A stretch of DNA of 60,537 bases, counting the filler, from Caldilineae bacterium (GTDB lineage Bacteria; Chloroflexota; Anaerolineae; DTLA01): assembly GCA_037446815.1 (NCBI GenBank). It is 2 parts of 2 records of this genome, joined end to end, with 100 filler letters (N's around TTAATTAATTAA, not from the genome) between each part and the next. Parts side by side here need not be neighbours in the genome. Positions count along the whole stretch, not along the records: positions 1 to 30,459 come from JBBIHX010000021.1; 1 more part is not named here. The stretch is one strand, 5' to 3'. Under the pieces are notes generated by a model. That model did not search any database. It was not told where the DNA came from and saw only the letters and a list, made by a program, of their open reading frames with translations. Shown here one piece after another: positions 1 to 10,144 of this stretch; position 1 is the stretch's first letter, and every line of letters starts with the position of its first letter. The position numbers and the translations under genes are program-made.

Positions 1-4
1 TGCG

Positions 5-1411
5 GTGAGCGCCGTCGTGGCCTGGGGCGTTGGCGTTCCCTACGGCCTGTTCCTGGCGTGGGCGGGAATCGCCACGGGGGTCTTTGTGGTCAACCCCTTC
101 GTGGGCACGCTCGGCTTGTTGATCCTCAACGTCGTGGCCGCGGACTGGGGACAAGCGTTCGTCCTTTTCCCCGACAAGCCCTACAACATCAATCAGGCGG
201 GCCTCGCCAACCTGGTCATGACAGGCTTGGCCGCACTCTACGTGATCCGTCGGCAACCCAAACTCGCGCCGCTGACAGTGCCGTTCGCCGCCTTTCTTGC
301 GGTAGGACTGGCGAGCATCCCCTTCTCGTCCAGCCCGTTCTCCGGCCTGCGCGACTGGACACGATTGCTCCCCCTCGCGGGCCTCTACGTCGTCGCCGCC
401 GACCTATTTCGTGAGTCGCCCACTCGCATTCGCGTGTGGATCGGCGCTGTAGTGGCATCCAGCATATGGCCAGCCATCGTATCCGTCTATCAGGGTCTCA
501 CGAATAGGGGCTACCATAATGTCATCAGCGGCCCTGGGCAGAACCGGGTCTTGGGCACGCTCGCCCATCCCATCACCTACGGAGTGTATCTGGGAGTCAT
601 TGTCGCACTGACGATGTACTTGTTCGGGACGACCGAACGGAAAGGATGGCGCGTCGCATTGGGCTTGTGGGGGATTGGCAGCCTGGCGCTTCTATTCTTC
701 TCGTACTCGCGAGGCCCGGCCCTCGCCATGACGGGATCGCTCATCGTCTTGGCCGTCCTCGCGCGGCGTGAGAGGCCGAAGTGGCGCGCCGCCCTCGTGG
801 GCACCGCCGTCGCGTTCTTGGCAGTTGTCCTGCTGGCAGGCCGCATTCAGGACTTGCTGACGCCGTTTTTGTACCGGACGGTGGAGCCAATGCCGCCTGG
901 TGTGGTGAAACCGCCCAGGCCGACGCCTACAGCCGTGCCCGGCGTTTCCGCGCAGCCAACTCCTGGCGCGCCACAGCCACGCCCTGCCCCTGCTTTGAAC
1001 TCCATATCCTGGCGTCTCAACCTGTGGCGATTTGCCGTTGACCTGGCATTGGAGCGGCCGCTCCTTGGGCTGGGCCTGGGCGGCTTCCCCGACCAGTCGC
1101 CGAGGCTGGTGGGCTTCCCGGTAACGCCCCACAACGACTTCGTGCGCGTGTTCGCCGAGATGGGAATCCTCGGGCTTGGCGCGTTCCTCTGGCTGTGGGG
1201 CGCGCTGGCATCGCGATTGTGGCATTTCTGGCGGCACGCCACAGACCGTGGGCAGTCCCTGTTAGCAGCGGTGCTTGTGGCCGTGGCCGTGGGATACCTC
1301 ATCAACTGCCTGGCCGCCGACATGCTGAACAACCCGACGGCGGGGTGGGTCTTCTGGCCGCTGATGGCCCTCCCCGAAGCCTTCGCGCCGAAGACGGAGA
1401 CCGAGGGATGA
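5..1411 (+). CDS. O-antigen ligase (Wzy_C/WaaL-like) family membrane protein, probably 5'-truncated by the window edge
   Basis: Many hydrophobic helices; motifs RVLGTLAHP, SYSRG, R..LW...P.LGLGLG, HNDFVRVFAEMGILG. Confidence 0.85.
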   Translation: MSAVVAWGVGVPYGLFLAWAGIATGVFVVNPFVGTLGLLILNVVAADWGQAFVLFPDKPYNINQAGLANLVMTGLAALYVIRRQPKLAPLTVPFAAFLAVGLASIPFSSSPFSGLRDWTRLLPLAGLYVVAADLFRESPTRIRVWIGAVVASSIWPAIVSVYQGLTNRGYHNVISGPGQNRVLGTLAHPITYGVYLGVIVALTMYLFGTTERKGWRVALGLWGIGSLALLFFSYSRGPALAMTGSLIVLAVLARRERPKWRAALVGTAVAFLAVVLLAGRIQDLLTPFLYRTVEPMPPGVVKPPRPTPTAVPGVSAQPTPGAPQPRPAPALNSISWRLNLWRFAVDLALERPLLGLGLGGFPDQSPRLVGFPVTPHNDFVRVFAEMGILGLGAFLWLWGALASRLWHFWRHATDRGQSLLAAVLVAVAVGYLINCLAADMLNNPTAGWVFWPLMALPEAFAPKTETEG

Positions 1412-2334
1412 GCAGCGGCGACGCCATCCGCGTGATGACGGTCGCCATCTGCACCTACGGCGAGGCGCCGCATCTTGCCGAGGCGCTGGCGTCGGTAGCC
1501 GAGCAGGACGTGCCCGCCGGCCTGCGCGTGGAAATCCTCTGCGTGGACAACAACCCCGCGCCCAGGGTCGCCCTGCCCGACGGCCTAGCCCATCGCGTGC
1601 GCGTCGTCCGCGAGCCGAGGTCCGGCCTGTCGCGGGCGCGCAACGCCGCCATCGCCCACGCCGCAGGCGACGCCGTCGCGTTCCTGGACGACGACGCCGT
1701 GGCAGCGCCCGGATGGGCAGCAGCCCTGGCCCAGGGCCTGGAGCGCACCGGCGCGTGGTGCCTGGGCGGGTGCGTGCTCCCCCGCTGGCCCGGCGAGGAG
1801 CCAACATGGCTAGACCCGCGCCTGCGCTATCTGCTCAGCATCGTGGACCTGGGCGATGAGGCGCGTTCCCTGGGCGGGCCTATCTTCCCCTGCGGCGCCA
1901 ACCTCGCGTTTCGCAGGTCGGTCTTTGAGCAGGTAGGCCCGTTCCGCCCAGAGTTGGGGCGCAGGCCAGGATCGCTCTTATCGGGCGAGGAGATTGACCT
2001 GTTTCGCCGCGTGTTACGGGCAGGCGGGACGGTCGCCTACACGCCGCGCGCCGTCGTCCACCACATCATCCCGGCCTCGCGCCTCACGCCCGCGTTCCTG
2101 CGTCGCCGCGCCTGGTGGGAGGGGAAGACCCTGGCGCTGCTGGATCGCCTCCACAACGGCTGGGTCTACGCCCTGGCGATGGCCGTGGTGCGGGCGGGCC
2201 TGGCAGCCGTGCGCGAGCCAGTGGCCTACCTCACGGCGCGGCGGGCCGGCGTGCCCCCCGAACTGCCCATCTGCCGCGCGAAGAAGGTGCTCGGCTACTG
2301 GGCCGGGCTATTCGCCCCCATCCGTGAGGAATGA
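1408..2334 (+). CDS. Family 2 glycosyltransferase
   Basis: ATG at 1408 overlaps upstream stop (ATGA); motifs AICTY, VDN, GLSRARN, FLDDD, GANLAFRR, GEE. Confidence 0.9.
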   Translation: MSSGDAIRVMTVAICTYGEAPHLAEALASVAEQDVPAGLRVEILCVDNNPAPRVALPDGLAHRVRVVREPRSGLSRARNAAIAHAAGDAVAFLDDDAVAAPGWAAALAQGLERTGAWCLGGCVLPRWPGEEPTWLDPRLRYLLSIVDLGDEARSLGGPIFPCGANLAFRRSVFEQVGPFRPELGRRPGSLLSGEEIDLFRRVLRAGGTVAYTPRAVVHHIIPASRLTPAFLRRRAWWEGKTLALLDRLHNGWVYALAMAVVRAGLAAVREPVAYLTARRAGVPPELPICRAKKVLGYWAGLFAPIREE

Positions 2335-2335
2335 C

Positions 2336-2526
2336 GAGTCGGTTTCATCTTGTGTTGGTGAACCGCAGGCGCACTCTCCTCGTGCGTCAACGAGCAGAGC
2401 GAAGCATCCTCGCTCAACCTCACCCCCTCGTGAAGGCCGGGGGTGAGGTTTGCATGACCACAGGGATTGCTTCGGGCGCTCCGCGCCCTCGCAATGACGG
2501 GTACCAACAGACTTTGGAACCGCATC
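2336..2526. mobile_element. MITE-like element, copy 1
   Basis: Ends GAGTCGGTTTCATCTTGTGTTGG and CCAACAGACTTTGGAACCGCATC; perfect 8-bp flanking direct repeat GGAATGAC (2328-2335, 2527-2534). Confidence 0.8.
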
Positions 2527-2542
2527 GGAATGACGCACCGTT

Positions 2543-2572
2543 TTGCGCTCCACGTAAGCCGTAGGGTATAAT
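2543..2572 (+). promoter_or_regulatory. Putative sigma70-type promoter of the DUF72 gene
   Basis: TTGCGC-18 nt-TATAAT, then RBS AAGGAGG. Confidence 0.55.
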
Positions 2573-2596
2573 CATCTCCGAAAGGAGGGAACGGCC

Positions 2597-3436
2597 ATGA
2601 GCAGAATCTACGTGGGCACATCCTCCTGGTCCGATCACGCCAACTTCTACCCGCCCGGACTGCCGAGCAATCAGCAGATCGTCTTCTACGCCCAGCATTT
2701 TCCCATCGTGGAAATCAACTCCACGTTCTACCGCATGATGCCTGCGCGGAACTTCCAGTTGTGGGCCGAGAGGACCCCGCCCGGCTTCATCTTTGACGTG
2801 AAGCCCTATCGCCAGTTGACGTGGCACGACCGCGAGAACCCGCCCGACGATGAGGCCTTCGCCGCCTTCCGCGAATCCATCCAGCCCATGCGCGAGGCGG
2901 GCAAACTCGGCGCGGTTACGTTCCAATTCCCACCGCGGTATGGGTACTCGGAGGAGAACCTGGACTACATCCGCCGTTGCCGCGACGCCCTGCCCGACGA
3001 CCGGCTGAGCATTGAGTTTCGCAATCGGTCATGGTTTGAGCCCGACCGTCTGCCGCAGGTTGTGGACGCCCTCAGGGCGATGGGCCTGGCGCTGACGGTG
3101 GTGGACGAGCCGCAGGTGGGCGCGGGCAGCGTTCCCATCGTGGCCGAGGTCTCCAATCCGAGCCTCAGCGTCGTGCGGTTCCACGGGCGCAACGTGGGGA
3201 CGTGGTACAAGCAGGTGGAACGCACCGCAAGCCGCTTTGATTACCGGTACTCGGAGGACGAACTGCGCGAGTGGGTTCCCCGCGTGGCGCGCCTGGCCGC
3301 AATGGCGCGGGAAGTCCACGTGTTCTTCAACAACAACAAGGCCGACTATGCCGTTACCAATGCCCGCCAACTGACGCTGCTCTTGCGGGAATCACTGGCG
3401 GAGCACGAGGTGATACAGCCGGCTACGCTCCTGTAA
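2597..3436 (+). CDS. DUF72 family protein
   Basis: IYVGTSSW, VEINSTFY, FQFPP, EFRNRSW, RFHGRN, YRYSEDEL, FFNN motifs. Confidence 0.92.
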   Translation: MSRIYVGTSSWSDHANFYPPGLPSNQQIVFYAQHFPIVEINSTFYRMMPARNFQLWAERTPPGFIFDVKPYRQLTWHDRENPPDDEAFAAFRESIQPMREAGKLGAVTFQFPPRYGYSEENLDYIRRCRDALPDDRLSIEFRNRSWFEPDRLPQVVDALRAMGLALTVVDEPQVGAGSVPIVAEVSNPSLSVVRFHGRNVGTWYKQVERTASRFDYRYSEDELREWVPRVARLAAMAREVHVFFNNNKADYAVTNARQLTLLLRESLAEHEVIQPATLL

Positions 3437-3542
3437 CGGACCTCGCGCCCCGCACCAAAACGCGGACCTCCGAGCGGCACAGGCGTCGGAGGTCCGGTTG
3501 GCGTCTTCGTTGCGTGGCAACGGCCGGTCAGAAGCGCCCTGC

Positions 3543-4850
<1,308 letters not shown>

Positions 4851-5660
4851 CTACGTTCGCTTCCGGTAGGCCATCGCCTCATAGTACTCGCAATGCGCCG
4901 AAAAGCCTAATCTCCTGTACACGTGTTGCGCCACGGGGTTATCCGCGCCCACGTTCAGCACCACCGTGGGAATCCGCTCGGCCAGGTCTCGGAGCACGGC
5001 GGCGGTGCAGGCCTGCGCGTACCCACGCCCGCGATAGTCCGGGTGCGTGAACACGTTGCCGATGGCCGCCACGCCGTAGGTCTCCGAGACCAGGTGCGTG
5101 CCCGCCACGGCCACAAGTCGCCCATCCCGCTCCACGCCGTAGAACACGCCCTGCATCAGTTGGTACGGGCTGAAGTGCGCTTCGGCGTACAGCCGGTACA
5201 GGCTCTGCAACTCGGCCGTGCGCGCGCCCGTGAGCCGAAAGGCCAATGGGCTGGGCGGCGGCAGCGGCACCGCCCTGTCCCACACCATGCGCAGCATGCG
5301 TTTGATTTCGGCCAGCGCGTAGTGCGCGCGGAGCGCCGGCGCCTGCTCCTCGGTGAAGATGGCATAGGCCGACGCCGGACGCATGGCCCCCGCCAGGATA
5401 ACCGCATGCCCGCGCGGGTCGCCGTACAGGAGCAGCGTGTCGGGCTCCAACCCTTTGAACAGCAGGGCCAGCGCGTACATCCCGTCCGCATGCCGGGCCA
5501 GCACCCATTCACACTGCGCAAACAGCGACGGCTCCAAGTCGCCGATGGCGTAGGCTCCATAGACTCTGTCCTGATTCAGGACGGCGAGGATCTCGTCGCG
5601 GTCGCGGGTCTCGCGGACAGTCCACCCGCCCATCAGACTGCGTGCTGCCCGTCTGCTCAT
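4851..5660 (-). CDS. GNAT family N-acetyltransferase
   Basis: IGNVFTHPDYRGRGYA acetyl-CoA motif, N..A..VYRRLGF; ATGA overlap with the kinase stop. Confidence 0.88.
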   Translation of the reverse strand: MSRRAARSLMGGWTVRETRDRDEILAVLNQDRVYGAYAIGDLEPSLFAQCEWVLARHADGMYALALLFKGLEPDTLLLYGDPRGHAVILAGAMRPASAYAIFTEEQAPALRAHYALAEIKRMLRMVWDRAVPLPPPSPLAFRLTGARTAELQSLYRLYAEAHFSPYQLMQGVFYGVERDGRLVAVAGTHLVSETYGVAAIGNVFTHPDYRGRGYAQACTAAVLRDLAERIPTVVLNVGADNPVAQHVYRRLGFSAHCEYYEAMAYRKRT

Positions 5661-6625
5661 GAGCCGTTGCTCAACAGGTCGTCCAGTTCCGGCGCGTCGC
5701 CGAAGGTCTGGCGGTAGCGCGCGACGAATTCGGCCCGCGTGTAATGGTGGTTCTGCGTGCCATGCCGCTCCAGCACATAGGTCGCCGCCAGGCTGGCGAT
5801 GCGGCCGGTCGTCTCCCACGAGTAGCCGCGCAACATACCCTTGATGATGCCCGCGCGATAGGCGTCGCCCACGCCCGTCGGCTCGCACAGCGTGCTGGGA
5901 CACACGGCAGGCACGTCCACCTCCCGCCCATCGGCCCAGATGAGCGAACCCTCCTCGCCGCAGGTAACGATGAGAACGTCGGCCAAATTCTGCACCTGCT
6001 CGTCCGTCAGGCGGGTCTTGTTCTTGAACATCTCCAGTTCGTAGTCGTTGACGATGAGGACCTTGGCCCCGCGCGCGCTTTCCACCAGTTCTTCGGCGCT
6101 CAGGCGGATGATTTGCTGGCTCGGGTCGTAGACGTAGGGGATGCCCAGCGCCTTGCATTCCTGCGCGTAGCGCGTCATGGCCACCGGGTCGTTGGGCGAG
6201 ATGATGGCCAGCGCGGGCGTGGGAGCGCCCACATCGCGGAAGGATAGGTCGCGCGCCCGTGCCATGGCACCCGTGTAGAAACTGGCAATCTGATTGTTGT
6301 CCTGGTCGGTGCTCACGAAGAACGACGCCGTGAACAGGTCTGGAATCTCGCGTATGAGCGACGTGTCCACGCCGTGCTGCTCCAACCAGGCGCGGTAATC
6401 GGAGAAGTCCTGCCCCACCGTGCCCATGACGGTGGGCCGTTCGCCCAGCAGCGCCAGCGAGTAGGCGATGTTGGGCGCGCATCCCCCGCGCTCCTTCCGC
6501 ATGGAATCCACCAGGAAACTCACGCTGAGCATGTGAATCTTGTCGGGCAGGATGTGATCCTTGAACCGCCCGGGGAACGACATGATGTAGTCAAAGGCGA
6601 TGGAGCCTGTAACCACGATGCGCAT
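5657..6625 (-). CDS. PfkB family nucleoside kinase (adenosine kinase-like)
   Basis: GSIAFD, GGCAPNIA, DPSQQ, NDYE, PTGVGDAYRAG. Confidence 0.9.
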   Translation of the reverse strand: MRIVVTGSIAFDYIMSFPGRFKDHILPDKIHMLSVSFLVDSMRKERGGCAPNIAYSLALLGERPTVMGTVGQDFSDYRAWLEQHGVDTSLIREIPDLFTASFFVSTDQDNNQIASFYTGAMARARDLSFRDVGAPTPALAIISPNDPVAMTRYAQECKALGIPYVYDPSQQIIRLSAEELVESARGAKVLIVNDYELEMFKNKTRLTDEQVQNLADVLIVTCGEEGSLIWADGREVDVPAVCPSTLCEPTGVGDAYRAGIIKGMLRGYSWETTGRIASLAATYVLERHGTQNHHYTRAEFVARYRQTFGDAPELDDLLSNGS

Positions 6626-6626
6626 G

Positions 6627-7655
6627 TTAGGACACTCCGAACTTCTGTCTGGCGAGGTGGGATACCTGGGCGGTGCTCGCCAGCACCTTCTCGGCGGTCT
6701 CCACCGATAGCGACCCGGTGCCGCATGACGGGGTAATGAGGCTGGCCTCCACAATCTTGTCCAGCGGGATGCCTTTGGCTACAAGCAATTGCATGGCCTG
6801 TTCAAGGCGCTCCACGAGATGCTCGGGAGTCTCCGCGTAGATGACCTCGCTGGCCGGGACGATGCCCCAGGCGATGATCCCGCCGCGATTCAGGAACGCC
6901 TTCACGTCGTCGGCATACAGGGCCAGCGTCTCGGCGTAGCCGTAGGCGTCCAGGTTGAGGATGTGGATGGATGTGGCCAGCAGCAGCGACCAGTCGGTGT
7001 TGCCGCAGCAATGCACGCCCTTGATTCCCTCCAGCCCCGCCAGGACCTCCTCCATGAGGCCGATAGCCTGATCGCGGCTGAGAGAGACGTAGGCAGAGCC
7101 AAAGGAACTCATGTACGGCTCGTCAATGAACGTGATGACCTTGGGCGAGAGTTTCTGCAGTTGCTGCTCCTGCCAGCGCGCCTTGAGCCGCAGGTGCTTG
7201 GCGACGGCGTCGGCCAAAATCTCGTCGTAGAGCACGGGGCGGCGGTTCTGATCCACCACCACCAGCCCCCACGACACCGGCCCGGTAACCTGCCCTTTGA
7301 CCGCCGTCAGGCCGGGGAGCGAGCGGCTGACCAGTTCGGGAAGCCCGGCCGCGTACTCTTTGCTGATGGCTCCATGCTCCAAGTCGTTCTTGAGATAGGC
7401 GACGTACAGCGCCTCCAGCGGCTCGTCCAGGTTCTGCTCGCGGTCCACGTAGATGCGCTCTTCCTCCAGAACGACGCCCGGAAACCGCTCGCTGTACTGC
7501 ACGTACATGTTCTCCAGGAACGAACGCTTGGGCAGTTGCGGCCATGTGGGAATCTGGGGGAAGTTCTTGAGCACCAGGTCGCAGGCTTGCTTCGGCTCGC
7601 GATGGGGCACGCTGCCCACGGACATGGGCAGCAGTTTAGGCTCCAGAGGTCTCAT
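6627..7655 (-). CDS. Stand-alone (core) MetE-like methionine synthase catalytic domain
   Basis: 342 aa single barrel; VGSVP, WPQLP, KGQVTGP, FIDEP, Zn ligands HCCG and TPSCG. Confidence 0.8.
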   Translation of the reverse strand: MRPLEPKLLPMSVGSVPHREPKQACDLVLKNFPQIPTWPQLPKRSFLENMYVQYSERFPGVVLEEERIYVDREQNLDEPLEALYVAYLKNDLEHGAISKEYAAGLPELVSRSLPGLTAVKGQVTGPVSWGLVVVDQNRRPVLYDEILADAVAKHLRLKARWQEQQLQKLSPKVITFIDEPYMSSFGSAYVSLSRDQAIGLMEEVLAGLEGIKGVHCCGNTDWSLLLATSIHILNLDAYGYAETLALYADDVKAFLNRGGIIAWGIVPASEVIYAETPEHLVERLEQAMQLLVAKGIPLDKIVEASLITPSCGTGSLSVETAEKVLASTAQVSHLARQKFGVS

Positions 7656-8697
7656 GGCTCTCCTCCATTCCCATGATTCGGCGTAGGCCCTCGTGGAAGG
7701 GCGGCCAGACGATTCCCCGTTCGGTTACGATGGCGGTTACGTAGCGGTGCGGCGTAACGTCAAAGGCGGGGTTCGCGACGGCGACGCCTTCGGGCGCGAT
7801 GCACACCCCCTCCACGTGGGTAACTTCGGTAGCGCAGCGCTCCTCAATGGGCACGGCGTCGCCATCGGGCACGGTCATGTCAATGGTAGACGTAGGGGCT
7901 ACGACGTAGAATGGCACGCCGTTCTCCTTGGCCACGACGGCGAGTTTGTAGGTGCCCACCTTGTTGACCACGTCGCCATTGGCCGCGATGCGATCCGCGC
8001 CGACGATGACGGCCTGAATCTTGCCCGTGCGCAGGAAATATCCCGCCGCGTTATCCGCGATGAGGGTTACGGGAATGCCGTCCTGCATCAACTCCCAGGC
8101 GGTGAGCCGCGCGCCCTGGGAACGCGGGCGGGTCTCGTCGGCGTACACGTGGATGCGTTTGCCCTGCTCCACGGCGGCGCGCACCACGCCCAGCGCCGTG
8201 CCGTAGTCCACCGTCGCCAGGCGGCCCGCATTGCAGTGGGTGAGCACGGCATCGCCATCGCGCAGGAGTTCGGCGCCGAAACGGCCCATGCGGCGGTTGG
8301 TCTCCACATCCTCATCGGCGATGGCCTGCGCCTCGGCAACGAGGGCCTGCACGATGTGGGGCACCGGCTGCCCGCGCAAGGCCTCGGCCCGTCTGCGCAT
8401 CCTGTCCAGCGCCCAGAACAGGTTGACCGCCGTCGGGCGGGTGGCGGCGATCTCCCGCGCGGCGTCGTCCAGTTCCGCGAGCAACTGCTGGGCATCGCGG
8501 GCCTCGCTGCGCACGGCGCACAGGGCAATGCCGAACGCCGCCGCCGCGCCGATGGCAGGCGCCCCCCGCACGGCCATATCACGGATGGCGTGTGCCAACT
8601 CGTGGTGATCTCGGCAGACCAGCACCTGATACTTGTGCGGCAGGAGCCGCTGGTCAATCATATAGACTGCGTCGTCGCGCCACTCAACGGTGCGCAC
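7636..8697 (-). CDS. mtnA: S-methyl-5-thioribose-1-phosphate isomerase
   Basis: IDQRLLP, VRGAPAIG, TRPTAVNL, THCNAG, ETRP, GADRIAANGD, NPAFDVTP. Confidence 0.96.
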   Translation of the reverse strand: MRTVEWRDDAVYMIDQRLLPHKYQVLVCRDHHELAHAIRDMAVRGAPAIGAAAAFGIALCAVRSEARDAQQLLAELDDAAREIAATRPTAVNLFWALDRMRRRAEALRGQPVPHIVQALVAEAQAIADEDVETNRRMGRFGAELLRDGDAVLTHCNAGRLATVDYGTALGVVRAAVEQGKRIHVYADETRPRSQGARLTAWELMQDGIPVTLIADNAAGYFLRTGKIQAVIVGADRIAANGDVVNKVGTYKLAVVAKENGVPFYVVAPTSTIDMTVPDGDAVPIEERCATEVTHVEGVCIAPEGVAVANPAFDVTPHRYVTAIVTERGIVWPPFHEGLRRIMGMEESHETSGA

Positions 8698-8746
8698 GTG
8701 TCTTCTCCCGGCTTAGGTTTTGTGTCCCGCGGTCTTGCTGCGCCGC

Positions 8747-8777
8747 AAAAAAGAGGTCTCTCCTCCGAGAGAGACCT
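8747..8777 (-). terminator. Intrinsic terminator in the mtnA leader
   Basis: Minus strand AGGTCTCTC-6 nt loop-GAGAGACCT followed by CTTTTTT. Confidence 0.7.
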
Positions 8778-8792
8778 GGGCGAGGCGGGCGT

Positions 8793-8821
8793 ATGGTATC
8801 ATAGGGGCGGTGCTTTGTCAA
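8793..8821 (-). promoter_or_regulatory. Putative sigma70 promoter upstream of mtnA
   Basis: TTGACA-17 nt-TACCAT with extended -10 TG. Confidence 0.65.
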
Positions 8822-8837
8822 AGGAGCCGATGGGTTT

Positions 8838-9012
8838 GAGTCGGTTCCAAAGTCTGTTGGCATCTACCGTCATTCTGAGCGGCGAAGCCGCGAAGAATCT
8901 CGTCCCTCACCCCAGCCCTCTCCCGAAGGGCGAAGGCGTATCGCCTTCGGCTCAGCATGACAGAGTGGGGAGGCGGTGTGCGGGACAGACCAACACGGTT
9001 TGGAACCGAATC
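8838..9012. mobile_element. MITE-like element, copy 2 (alternative internal cassette)
   Basis: Same terminal repeats; interior is a near reverse complement of 35541-35713. Confidence 0.75.
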
Positions 9013-9099
9013 GTTGGGGTTTCAACGCCATGCGGTTCGGGGCATCTCTGCGCGCACCTGCGCGCGGGCAGCCGTCGGGATTCGGGGATGGTGGGCCGC

Positions 9100-9150
9100 C
9101 AACGTAAAAGGACTGACCGCCCCCCCAAACGGTCAGCCCTTTTACCGTTG
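9100..9150 (-). terminator. Long hairpin with A/U tracts on both arms (probable terminator)
   Basis: CAACGTAAAAGGACTGACCG ... CGGTCAGCCCTTTTACCGTTG. Confidence 0.7.
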
Positions 9151-9229
9151 CGAACAGGTAAGGATTGCGGAGCATTGTGAACTACGATGCTATGGGCGGG
9201 CACTCAACGTACCTCGCCTCCCTGTTCGC
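9100..9229 (-). ncRNA. Candidate small structured RNA of unidentified family
   Basis: Promoter upstream, 9-bp closing stem GCGAACAGG/CCTGTTCGC enclosing two hairpins, terminator downstream; sequence blocks recur at 39669-39771. Confidence 0.5.
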
Positions 9230-9233
9230 CTCC

Positions 9234-9262
9234 AGTATACACGGCGATTCCGGCACGCTCAA
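9234..9262 (-). promoter_or_regulatory. Putative sigma70 promoter of the candidate RNA
   Basis: TTGAGC-17 nt-TATACT. Confidence 0.55.
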
Positions 9263-9295
9263 TAGGAATTTTGTACCATCCCACGGCCCCAAGGG

Positions 9296-9613
9296 CTACC
9301 GTCCCCTACGCTTTCGCGAGGCCATCTCCTCCAGCCAGGCGTCTGTCCCCACCTGGGCGCGGCGCGTCAGGGCGCGATACCGCTTCGCCCCTTCCAGCGC
9401 GCTATCCAGCGCCAGAAACGTTTGGCATGCGAAGTCGGGGCACAGGCCGCAGTGTTCCAACCCCCTATCCACTGCGCAGCAGCGGAATACCGCGCACTCG
9501 GCCCCCCGCGCCAATCCCAACTGATAGGCGCATCCCTTGCACCCGCGCTGCAGTTCGGCGCAGTCCCCGCAGTACCTGCCGCACACGGCGGCCCATCTTC
9601 GGTCGTCTCGCAT
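9296..9613 (-). CDS. Small Cys-rich protein (DUF3795-like)
   Basis: CGxxCxxC, CxGC, CxxxxCC, HCGxCxxFxC pattern; RBS GAGGA; promoter TTGTGC-17-TATAAT at 9635-9663. Confidence 0.8.
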   Translation of the reverse strand: MRDDRRWAAVCGRYCGDCAELQRGCKGCAYQLGLARGAECAVFRCCAVDRGLEHCGLCPDFACQTFLALDSALEGAKRYRALTRRAQVGTDAWLEEMASRKRRGR

Positions 9614-9678
9614 ATCGTTGTCCTCGCGCCCCGCATTATAAGCCGCGCGCCGACTTCGCACAACCGCGGGCGCGCGAG

Positions 9679-9829
9679 GGGTCGGTTTCAAACTGTGTTG
9701 GTGAACCGCAGGCGCACTCTGCCCGTGTGTCATTGCGAGCGAAGCAAAGCAATCCCACGCCCCGGAGATTGCTTCGGACGCTCCGCGCCCTCGCAATGAC
9801 AAAACACCAACAGAATTTGGAACCGAGTC
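9679..9829. mobile_element. MITE-like element, copy 3
   Basis: Terminal repeats plus perfect 8-bp flanking repeat CGCGCGAG (9671-9678, 9830-9837). Confidence 0.8.
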
Positions 9830-10073
9830 CGCGCGAGGGATTCGGTTCCGGAGCCTGGTGGCAATCGGCGACTCGGGGCAGCCCCGTGGTGTACGCGCGA
9901 CCAGCCAGTCGCCCCTGCATGCGCCTCGCTGGCAACCGTCATTCTGAGCGGCGTAAGGGAGAAGAATCTGGTAGCGCAGATTGGCAAGTGGAGAAAATTC
10001 GAGGCAGGGACCAGGGGGTCCGCCTGCTCCCTGCCTCACGCACACCACCCATGCCACCGTATCCATCATAACA

Positions 10074-10114
10074 AAAATCCGGCACGCTGCATAGACCCAA
10101 GCGTACCGGATTTT
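10074..10114 (-). terminator. Probable terminator after the response regulator
   Basis: AAAATCCGGCACGCT ... AGCGTACCGGATTTT hairpin. Confidence 0.6.
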
Positions 10115-10144
10115 GGAGTACCTTCGTACCGATTTGCGGCAGCC

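Noticed and set aside
4851..6482. ORF-track N-terminal extensions (also 1195, 40590-42323, 45889-47298, 34023-35489, 9296-10069)
   Set aside because: They overlap other genes or repeats; better starts lie downstream, mostly with an RBS or ATGA coupling
9150..9229. Assignment of the RNA candidate to purine, THF, fluoride or 6S families
   Set aside because: Only a few nucleotides resemble each; core consensus and length do not fit by eye
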